Origin: an uncultured Chloroflexia bacterium
GTDB lineage: Bacteria; Chloroflexota; Limnocylindria; Limnocylindrales; CSP1-4
Direction: 5' to 3'
NCBI GenBank assembly: GCA_963783135.1
Contig: CAWAMH010000001.1
Location: 152,839 to 216,838 of the forward strand
DNA: 64,000 nucleotides
Shown: positions 57,038 through 64,000 of the stretch, in pieces
Layout: the number at the start of each line of letters is the position of its first letter
Position numbering within the stretch: the stretch's first letter is position 1
Notes under the pieces: model-generated
The model's input: the letters and a program-made list of their open reading frames with translations, nothing else
Database searches by the model: none
What the model was told of the DNA's origin: nothing
Program-made: the position numbers and the translations under genes

Positions 57038-57895
57038 ATGCTCGCCGTCGTCGGCGGTCTCGCGACCGCCATGTTCTGGGCCGTCTCGGTCCTCGTCTCG
57101 GCTCGTGGGAGCCGGCTGATCGGCGCGACCTCGACCGTGGCCGGGGCGATGGCGCTCGGGCTCGTCATCGCCTTGCCCGTCGCGCTCGCCTTCGCGCCGA
57201 CTCCGGACTTCGGTGGCGATGCACTGCTGTGGATGAGCCTGTCCGGGTTCGGCAACGTCGCCGGGTTGCTCCTGACGTACGCGGCGTACCGGATCGGAGC
57301 GGTCGGGATCATCTCGACGATCGACTCGACCGAGGGCGCGGTCGCGGCCGTCCTCAGCGTGCTGGCCGGCGAGATCCTCGTGCCCGGATCCGGCATCGTC
57401 CTGGCGGTGATCGCGGTCGGTGTCGTTCTGGCCGCGTCGGCCGGCGGCTCGGAGGAAGGCGTCCCGATCTCACGCGAGCGGGCGACCCGGGCCGCGATCC
57501 TGGCCGTCATCTCCGCGACCTGCTTCGCCGTCGGCCTGTATGGCTCGGCTCGGGCCGCGAATGTCCTGCCGGTCGCCTGGGCGATCCTCCCTCCGCGCGT
57601 CGTCGGGGTGGCGTTCGTCGCGCTCCCGCTCGTGATCCTCGGGCGATTCCGGATGACCCGGGCCGCACTGCCGTTCGTCGCCGCGACCGGTGTCGTCGAG
57701 GTCCTCGGCTACTGGTGCTTCGCCTTCGCGGCACGCGAGAGCATCGCGGTCGCCTCGGTCCTGAGCTCGATGTTCGCGCCGCTCGCCGCCGTGGCCGCCT
57801 ACGTCGTCTTCCGGGAGCGTCTCAGCCGGCGGCAGATCCTCGGGATCGCTCTGGTCGTCGTCGGGGTGTCGGTCCTCGGCCTGCTCCAGGCCTGA
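57038..57895 (+). CDS. EamA/DMT-family transporter
   Basis: Ten predicted TM helices with a two-repeat topology. Confidence 0.7.
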   Translation: MLAVVGGLATAMFWAVSVLVSARGSRLIGATSTVAGAMALGLVIALPVALAFAPTPDFGGDALLWMSLSGFGNVAGLLLTYAAYRIGAVGIISTIDSTEGAVAAVLSVLAGEILVPGSGIVLAVIAVGVVLAASAGGSEEGVPISRERATRAAILAVISATCFAVGLYGSARAANVLPVAWAILPPRVVGVAFVALPLVILGRFRMTRAALPFVAATGVVEVLGYWCFAFAARESIAVASVLSSMFAPLAAVAAYVVFRERLSRRQILGIALVVVGVSVLGLLQA

Positions 57896-57931
57896 CCGGT
57901 TCGGGGCTCACGGCCGCGGGGCGGAGACACG

Positions 57932-59086
57932 TCACCGTCGCCGCGGGGCGAGGACGAGCTCCACTTCGGACCCTGCGCTCGTGAGGGACACCGAGCCTTG
58001 GCAGATGCTGGCGGTCTCGCAGTCTCCGCAGCCCGCGCCCAGCGTATGGGCATCGAATGCGAGCCCGACTCCATCGCCTGGTCGGAGGCTGAAGTCGTGA
58101 GCATCGTCGGCACTGTCGAGCGGGTGGGAGATCTCGACCCATGTCGTCGTGCCTCCGGGGTGGCTTCCGGCCGCACTGCCGTCGATCGTCCCCGCGGGCG
58201 GGTAACCGGAACCCGCGAACGTGTCGAGCCCTGCGTTGCCGACCGGGTACACGAAGATGTCCAGGAGGTCTACGCCGCCACTCGCCGAAGCGGGGAGGTG
58301 CGCGGCCAGCCAGTCATCCCCGAGCTCCGAGGAAGCGCCGTGGTTGTCGTTGTTGAACATGAAGTTGGGGTTGTACGTGCAGCCGGGGATGCCACCAAGG
58401 CTGGCGGCCAGGTACAGGTTCGAGGCGTCGTTCATGACGAAGATCGATGCCGGCACGCGGGCGCCACCATCGATAACGGGAAGCACCGCCTCGAAATCGA
58501 CCCTCGCGGCCGAGTCCCACTCCAGCGGCGACAGGAGGCCATCGACGACGGCGGTCCCGCGACCCGACGTCAGGACGTCCGCCAGGGGCTTTCGGGACAG
58601 GTCGATCCAACGGTTACCGTGGTGGTCGGCCGCGGCGACCCAACCCTCGGCCTGCCCACCTTTGAGCGCGAATGAGATCAGGCGCACGTGGTACCAGCGG
58701 TACCCGGAAGCAGCGACAGGCCCGCCGATGACGAAGAGCTCGGTACCAGTCGGGAGATCGGGATGGTAGATCTTCGAATCGTCGCTCACGCGCGGCTTCG
58801 AGCGGACGACGAGGTGGTCGGAGACCGTGATGGCAACCGATCCCGCGGGAAGGACGATCCCATCTGGACCTGGCACATCTGTAGCTGCGGGTGTCGCTGG
58901 CGTTGTCGATCTCGGCGTTGGCATCGCACGTGTAGGCGCCTGCGACGAAGCGATCGCGGACGACCCTGACACGGTCGATGACGTGGGGGTCGGGGTGCCG
59001 GGAGCGACCGAAGCCGAGATTCCGGGGCTGCCGCACGCCGCGATGAGGAGAAGGCAGAGAAGGGATGCGCCGATGACTCGAGTCAT
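57932..59086 (-). CDS. Lipoprotein with Ser/Thr/Pro-rich linker, SH3b-like domain and C-terminal beta-rich domain, hypothetical
   Basis: Signal peptide plus lipobox (LLIAACG). …YRWYHVRLISFALKGGQAEGWVAA… is SH3b-like. No catalytic motif recognised. Confidence 0.55.
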   Translation of the reverse strand: MTRVIGASLLCLLLIAACGSPGISASVAPGTPTPTSSTVSGSSAIASSQAPTRAMPTPRSTTPATPAATDVPGPDGIVLPAGSVAITVSDHLVVRSKPRVSDDSKIYHPDLPTGTELFVIGGPVAASGYRWYHVRLISFALKGGQAEGWVAAADHHGNRWIDLSRKPLADVLTSGRGTAVVDGLLSPLEWDSAARVDFEAVLPVIDGGARVPASIFVMNDASNLYLAASLGGIPGCTYNPNFMFNNDNHGASSELGDDWLAAHLPASASGGVDLLDIFVYPVGNAGLDTFAGSGYPPAGTIDGSAAGSHPGGTTTWVEISHPLDSADDAHDFSLRPGDGVGLAFDAHTLGAGCGDCETASICQGSVSLTSAGSEVELVLAPRRR

Positions 59087-59365
59087 GGTGAAGGCAGACT
59101 CCGCACGCCCGGTCGACGGGCAAGGCGGCCGTGTGTGACGACGCGCTTCATCGACACCTCAGCCATCAAAGGCCCGACTCGGTCTGTCCGCTACACTCCC
59201 GCCCCCGGTGACCCTCCCGCGGGACCGTCTGCGCATTCGTAACAGGTATCTCGGGCCCTCGACTCGGCGAGCTACGAAGGACGTTGGCCGTGAGCATTCC
59301 GGCTGAGCGCAGGCGACTCCGTGGGCTCGACCCGGTGTGGCCCCCACTCCAGGTCGGTCGAGTCC

Positions 59366-59716
59366 CTATTCCGTAGCCAGCTCGTAGGCGCGATCGAAGC
59401 ACCAGAGTTCCTTGAAGGGCAGCGTCAAGTGCCAGGTCACGGTCGCGGCCTCTGGGATCGAGGCCATGTCGCCGACTTCGAGCTCCAGCGTGGGCCCGCC
59501 GGCGATCTCGACGCGTGCTGCGCCTTCGAGGATCAGGATCGACTCCCTGGCCGGTAGCGTCAACGGGCCTACTTCCGCGACGTCCATGAAGCGCGACATG
59601 CCGACGTACGCCCCTTCGCCTTCGTACAGGACGTGCATCTCACCGCCCGTTTCCGGGTCGGGCTGCCAATCATCGGTCGCGACGTTCGACACGAAGACTC
59701 CGATCTGGACCTCCAT
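59366..59716 (-). CDS. Cupin-domain protein
   Basis: ATG 59716 with a GAGGAGG SD (5-nt spacing). Short single cupin barrel (…[10 protein letters not shown]…[15 protein letters not shown]…). Confidence 0.6.
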   Translation of the reverse strand: MEVQIGVFVSNVATDDWQPDPETGGEMHVLYEGEGAYVGMSRFMDVAEVGPLTLPARESILILEGAARVEIAGGPTLELEVGDMASIPEAATVTWHLTLPFKELWCFDRAYELATE

Positions 59717-59803
59717 GATCCCCTCCTCGCGGCCGATGGTAGCGGGCCGCGGACTGACGGCGGGTGGCTGCCCAGGCAGCAAGGTGGGCTACACTCCCGC
59801 ACC

Positions 59804-61615
59804 GTGACCATCCCCCAGGACCGCCTGCGCAACTTCAGCATCATCGCCCACATCGATCACGGCAAATCGACCCTCGCCGACCGCCTGCTCGAGTCGACCC
59901 ACACGATCGACGCCCGGCAGATGACGAGTCAGGTGCTCGATTCGATGGATCTCGAGCGCGAGAAGGGGATCACGATCAAGGCCCGCGCGGTCCGCCTCGA
60001 CTACACGGCCGCCGACGGCAAGATGTACGGCCTGAACCTCATCGACACGCCGGGCCACGTCGACTTCAGCTACGAGGTCAGCCGCAGCCTGCAGGCCTGC
60101 GAGGGCGCGATCCTCGTGGTCGACGCGGCCCAGGGGATCGAGGCCCAGACGCTCGCCAACGTCCATCTCGCCCTGCGCGAGAACCTGACGATCGTGCCGG
60201 TCATCAACAAGATCGACCTGCCTTCTGCCCAGCCCGATCTCGTCATGGACGAGCTCGAGAGCGTCCTGGCGATCCCGCGCGAGGAGGTCATCCTGGCCAG
60301 TGCGAAGGAGGGGATCGGGATCGACGAGATCCTCGAGGCCATCGTGGCGCGGATCCCGCCCCCGAAGGGCGATCCTGCGGCTCCACTCCAGGGCCTGATC
60401 TTCGACTCGCACTACGACGCGTACAAGGGTGTCGTGGTCTACGTCCGGCTCGCGGCCGGGACGCTCCACGCCCACGACACGATCCGGCTCATGGCCTCGG
60501 GGGCCGAGTCGGAGCTTCTGGAGCTCGGGGTCTTCCGGCCGCAGCTCGTGCCCGTCAAGGAGCTGCGGGCGGGCGAGGTCGGCTATGTGGCGACCGGTCT
60601 CAAGAGCGTCCGAGACGCGCAGGTCGGCGACACCGTCACGAACGCCGACCGGCCCGCGGCCGCGCCGCTGCCCGGCTATCAGGAGGCCAAGAGCCTCGTG
60701 TTCGCCGGCATCTACCCGATCCGAGGCGAGGACTATCCGCTCCTTCGCGAGGCCCTCGAGAAGCTCCATCTCAACGACGCGAGCTTCACCTACCAGCCCG
60801 AGAGCTCGGTCGCCCTCGGCTTCGGCTTCCGCTGCGGCTTCCTCGGCCTTCTCCACATGGAGATCGTCCAGGAACGGCTCGAGCGCGAGTTCGACCTCGA
60901 CCTCATCGCGAGCGCCCCGTCGGTCGAGTACCGGGTGACGCTCACGAACGGGCGGGGCACGGTCGCCGTCGACAACCCTGCGCTGATGCCCATGGCCGGC
61001 GACATCGAGGTCATCGAGGAGCCGTGGGTCAAGGTCGGCGTGGTCACCCCGAGCCAGTACATCGGCGCGCTCATGGAGCTCTCGACGACCCACCGGGGCT
61101 CGTTCGCGGGTCTCGAATACCTCGACCCGCAGCGGGTCCTCATCACGTTCGAGATGCCGCTCGCCGAGCTCATCGTCGACTACTACGACCAGCTCAAGAG
61201 TCGGAGCCAGGGTTACGCCTCGATGGACTACGAGGAGGCGGGCTACCGAGCGGCCGACCTGGTCAAGCTCGACGTGCTCGTGGCGGGCGAACCCGTCGAC
61301 GCGCTCAGCCTCATCGTCCACCGCGACACCGCCCAGGCGATCGGCCGGCGCCTCGTGGCCGCGCTCAAGGACCTGATCCCGCGCCAGATGTTCGAGGTGC
61401 CCATCCAGGCCGCGGTCGGCGCCAATGTCATCGCCCGGGAGACGGTGAGGGCGATGCGCAAGAACGTGCTCGCCAAGTGCTACGGTGGCGACATCACCCG
61501 GAAACGCAAGCTCCTGGAGAAGCAGAAGGAGGGCAAGCAGCGGATGAAGCGGATCGGGTCCGTCGAGATCCCGCAGGAGGCCTTCCTCGCCGTGCTCCGG
61601 ATGGGCGAAGGGTGA
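59804..61615 (+). CDS. lepA: Translation elongation factor 4 (LepA)
   Basis: GTG start ([28 protein letters not shown]…). Full-length LepA with the C-terminal LepA_C domain. Confidence 0.95.
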   Translation: MTIPQDRLRNFSIIAHIDHGKSTLADRLLESTHTIDARQMTSQVLDSMDLEREKGITIKARAVRLDYTAADGKMYGLNLIDTPGHVDFSYEVSRSLQACEGAILVVDAAQGIEAQTLANVHLALRENLTIVPVINKIDLPSAQPDLVMDELESVLAIPREEVILASAKEGIGIDEILEAIVARIPPPKGDPAAPLQGLIFDSHYDAYKGVVVYVRLAAGTLHAHDTIRLMASGAESELLELGVFRPQLVPVKELRAGEVGYVATGLKSVRDAQVGDTVTNADRPAAAPLPGYQEAKSLVFAGIYPIRGEDYPLLREALEKLHLNDASFTYQPESSVALGFGFRCGFLGLLHMEIVQERLEREFDLDLIASAPSVEYRVTLTNGRGTVAVDNPALMPMAGDIEVIEEPWVKVGVVTPSQYIGALMELSTTHRGSFAGLEYLDPQRVLITFEMPLAELIVDYYDQLKSRSQGYASMDYEEAGYRAADLVKLDVLVAGEPVDALSLIVHRDTAQAIGRRLVAALKDLIPRQMFEVPIQAAVGANVIARETVRAMRKNVLAKCYGGDITRKRKLLEKQKEGKQRMKRIGSVEIPQEAFLAVLRMGEG

Positions 61616-61653
61616 ATCGCAACGCCGACCGTGGCGTCGGCGTCTGACGGCCG

Positions 61654-62427
61654 ATGGATAGCTTGGTCGAGCCGATCCGACTCCTGGCGGCGCTCGGGTT
61701 CACCGGGCTGCTCGTCATGCTCCGCCTGGAGGCGGATCGGTTCGGTGCCGCCGAGTACGCCGAGATCGATCGCTACGGCGGGCGGGCTCCGCTCCGCCGC
61801 CGGCTGGCCTGGTACATCGTCGGGATCGGGCTCGTCGTCGCGACGTGGCTCACGATCCCGGACCCGACCTCGCAGCTCTACCTCACGCTCGGCGACCGCC
61901 AGGCCGCCATCGTGGCGGGCCTCATCTACGGCGGGATCGGGATCGCCCAGGCGGCCGGCTTCGCATTCCTCCGGTACCGGCATCTCCGCTTCCCGGCGGT
62001 CTCGAGCTACCCGGTCGCCCTCCTCAACTCGGTCGGGACCGCGTTCATCGACGAAGCCACGTTCCGAGGCTGCATCCTCGGGTTCCTCATCCTCATCGGC
62101 GTCGAGCCGGGTCTGGCGATCATCGGCCAGGCCCTCCTGTACGGCCTCGTGACCCGGCTGGGCGCTCCCGGTCGGGATCGCTACATGCTCGTCCTGTCCA
62201 TCGCCATCGGGCTCGGCTCGGGCTACGTCACGCTGCGGACCGGCGGGATCGGCGCGGCCTTCCTGGGCCACGCCATCACCCGCTTCGCCACCTTCGTCGC
62301 GACCGGTCACGCCGGCCAGCCCGCACCGGTCGGGCGGGAGGACGAGGAGATCGAGAAGAAGCGCCGGATCCCCGAGGGATGGGCGACCGTCGGCACCTCG
62401 CGCGAGTCGATCGACCACAAGCCCTGA
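61654..62427 (+). CDS. CPBP-family (CAAX protease-like) intramembrane metalloprotease
   Basis: EExxxR motif (IDEATFRG), FxxxH and H motifs (…FLGHAITRF…). Confidence 0.7.
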   Translation: MDSLVEPIRLLAALGFTGLLVMLRLEADRFGAAEYAEIDRYGGRAPLRRRLAWYIVGIGLVVATWLTIPDPTSQLYLTLGDRQAAIVAGLIYGGIGIAQAAGFAFLRYRHLRFPAVSSYPVALLNSVGTAFIDEATFRGCILGFLILIGVEPGLAIIGQALLYGLVTRLGAPGRDRYMLVLSIAIGLGSGYVTLRTGGIGAAFLGHAITRFATFVATGHAGQPAPVGREDEEIEKKRRIPEGWATVGTSRESIDHKP

Positions 62428-62512
62428 ACGCGGATCCGCGTTCACCGGGCCCGGTCGCGGACCGATCCGACCGACGCTGGACCCGCCGAGTCGCGCGGCG
62501 CATCATCCGCGC

Positions 62513-63772
62513 GTGACCGCCGCGACCGTGGCCGCACCCTCGCCCCCCGTGGGGCTCTATGTCCACATCCCCTTCTGCGTCTCGATCTGCCCCTACTGCG
62601 ACTTCGTGGTGGTCGCGGGCACGGAGACGCGCGGGCCGCGCAACCGGATCGCGGCCTTCGCCGACGCGTTGCTCGTCGAGCTCGATCTGCGCGCCGACGA
62701 GCTCGATGCGCGGTTCGGGCGGCCGGGCCGGGCGGCCGGCCGTCGGGCGCCGTTGACCTCGCTCTATCTCGGCGGCGGGACGCCGTCGCTGCTCGGTCCG
62801 GAAGCGCTCGGATCGATCGTCGACCGCGTCCGCCGGCGGTTCGGTCTGGCCTCCGGTGCCGAGGTCACGCTCGAGGCGAACCCGGGCCCGGACGAACGCG
62901 GCGACCCGGACGCGCAGCACGAGATCGGGATCACGCGCCTCTCGCTCGGCGCCCAGAGCTTCAGCTCCAGCGAGCTCGCCCAGCTGGGGCGACGGCACTC
63001 GGTCGCGGACATCGGTGACGCGGTGGTCGCCGCCCGGTCGGCGGGTATCGGCTCGATCAACCTCGACCTGCTCTACGACGTCCCCGGTCAGACGCTGGCC
63101 ACCTGGACGGACAGTCTCGAGCGTGCGCTCGGGCTCGGGCCGGACCACCTCTCGCTGTACGCCCTGATCCTCGACGATCCCGACGCGGAAGGGCTGACCG
63201 GGCTCGGCGGCGACCACCTTCCGACGACCGCCGGGGCGCGGCGCTGGCGTGAACGAGCGCGCCGGAACCAGGACGACGACCGGGCCGCGGGGATGTACCA
63301 CTTCGCCTCGCACCGGCTGGCCGAGGCCCGCTTCCGCGGCTACGAGCTGTCGAACTGGGCACGGCCCGGCCATGAGAGCCGCCACAACCTGGCCTACTGG
63401 GAGCGCCGGCCGGTCGAGGCGGTCGGGCCCGGTGCCCACGCCTTCGACGGGGCGACGCGGCGCTGGTCGGCCGCCCGGCTCGACGGCTACATCGGCGCGC
63501 TCCGACCGTCCGATCCGGCGACACCCGCCGCCCTCCCGCCGGGCGGCGTCGAAGCCGAGCTCCAGCCATCCGAGGCCGCCGCCGAGGCCATCATCCTCGG
63601 GCTCCGGCTCGACACCGGGGTCCCGATGATGGCGTTCCTCGAGCCGCCGTTCGACGAGACGCTCGCGTGGGCCGATGCGGCCGGTCTCCTGGAGCAGACG
63701 TCGGACGGTCGCGTCCGGCTCACGACGAACGGCCGGCTCCTCTCGAACGAGCTCTTCGCCCGCCTGATCTGA
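62513..63772 (+). CDS. hemW: Radical-SAM haem chaperone HemW (HemN-like)
   Basis: GTG start. CxxxCxxC (HIPFCVSICPYCDF). The HemW domain follows lepA, a conserved pairing. Confidence 0.9.
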   Translation: MTAATVAAPSPPVGLYVHIPFCVSICPYCDFVVVAGTETRGPRNRIAAFADALLVELDLRADELDARFGRPGRAAGRRAPLTSLYLGGGTPSLLGPEALGSIVDRVRRRFGLASGAEVTLEANPGPDERGDPDAQHEIGITRLSLGAQSFSSSELAQLGRRHSVADIGDAVVAARSAGIGSINLDLLYDVPGQTLATWTDSLERALGLGPDHLSLYALILDDPDAEGLTGLGGDHLPTTAGARRWRERARRNQDDDRAAGMYHFASHRLAEARFRGYELSNWARPGHESRHNLAYWERRPVEAVGPGAHAFDGATRRWSAARLDGYIGALRPSDPATPAALPPGGVEAELQPSEAAAEAIILGLRLDTGVPMMAFLEPPFDETLAWADAAGLLEQTSDGRVRLTTNGRLLSNELFARLI

Positions 63773-63784
63773 CGCCGGCGTCCG

Positions 63785-63814
63785 TTGACACTCGACCGCC
63801 CTGACTGCTAGGAT
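63785..63814 (+). promoter_or_regulatory. Sigma-A-type promoter (TTGACA, 18-nt spacer, TAGGAT) for the hrcA operon
   Basis: Hexamers read directly. The CIRCE element follows 12 nt downstream. Confidence 0.6.
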
Positions 63815-63826
63815 GCCGGCAACGAG

Positions 63827-63853
63827 TTAGCACTCTGGCAATGAGAGTGCTAA
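63827..63853 (+). promoter_or_regulatory. CIRCE operator (TTAGCACTC-N9-GAGTGCTAA), the HrcA binding site
   Basis: Perfect match to the CIRCE consensus, read directly. Confidence 0.85.
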
Positions 63854-63871
63854 CGGAGAGGAGCCCCGCCC

Positions 63872-64000
63872 TTGGCGCGACGCAGTCGCCCCACCAGCGA
63901 GCCCTTGGACGCGCGATCACAGGCGATCCTTCGGGCGGTCATCGAGGATTACGTCGTCACGGCCACGCCGGTCGGCTCGCAGGCGCTCGTCGAGCGTTAC
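63872..64000 (+). CDS. hrcA: Heat-inducible transcription repressor HrcA (N-terminal fragment; continues beyond the window)
   Basis: TTG start with a GGAGAGGAG SD. …LDARSQAILRAVIEDYVVTATPVGSQALVERY matches the HrcA N-terminal winged helix. In-frame alternative TTG at 63905. Confidence 0.7.
   Translation, partial: MARRSRPTSEPLDARSQAILRAVIEDYVVTATPVGSQALVERY

Noticed and set aside
59789-61321. 510-aa minus-strand ORF
   Set aside because: Antisense to lepA.
62276-63439. 387-aa minus-strand ORF
   Set aside because: Antisense to hemW.

Overview
This 64-kb window is a high-GC (about 70%) actinobacterium-like chromosomal segment, dense in housekeeping genes. Many adjacent genes overlap by 4 nt (ATGA or GTGA), which suggests translational coupling. 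Recognisable loci in order: ECF sigma/anti-sigma pair; pyrG; tal; nagA; a Gfo/Idh/MocA oxidoreductase; rho; a LysM-M23 peptidase; obg-nadD-rsfS; holA with an HD-domain gene, comEC and comEA; a PD40-repeat membrane protein; a minus-strand operon (small peptide, 76-aa ORF, LLM oxidoreductase, Trp-rich repeat protein, YdeI) divergent from a CGNR zinc-finger regulator; leuS; a G1-peptidase-like lipoprotein; two tRNA-Ala genes; a D-aminoacylase and a DUF45 hydrolase; an NfeD-flotillin-DUF350 operon; a DinB-family gene; EamA transporters; a LexA-box-controlled imuA-imuB-dnaE2 mutasome cassette, interrupted by a GH18 gene and carrying a 1.4-kb repeat-rich in-frame insertion inside dnaE2; a roughly 1200-aa LTD plus OB-fold-repeat surface protein; a PNP-family phosphorylase; a DUF5679 gene followed by gap-pgk-eno; rpsT with a Lys/Ala-rich tail; lepA; a CPBP protease; hemW; and a sigma-A promoter with a CIRCE element in front of hrcA. 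No CRISPR array or obvious transposase was seen. An assembly-wide anomaly stands out: at least 30 single-base shifts into the next reading frame, all in the same direction. They are concentrated between 24 and 50 kb and hit essential genes (rho, leuS), so they are most likely insertion-type sequencing errors. Reading homologous proteins therefore requires stitching frames.
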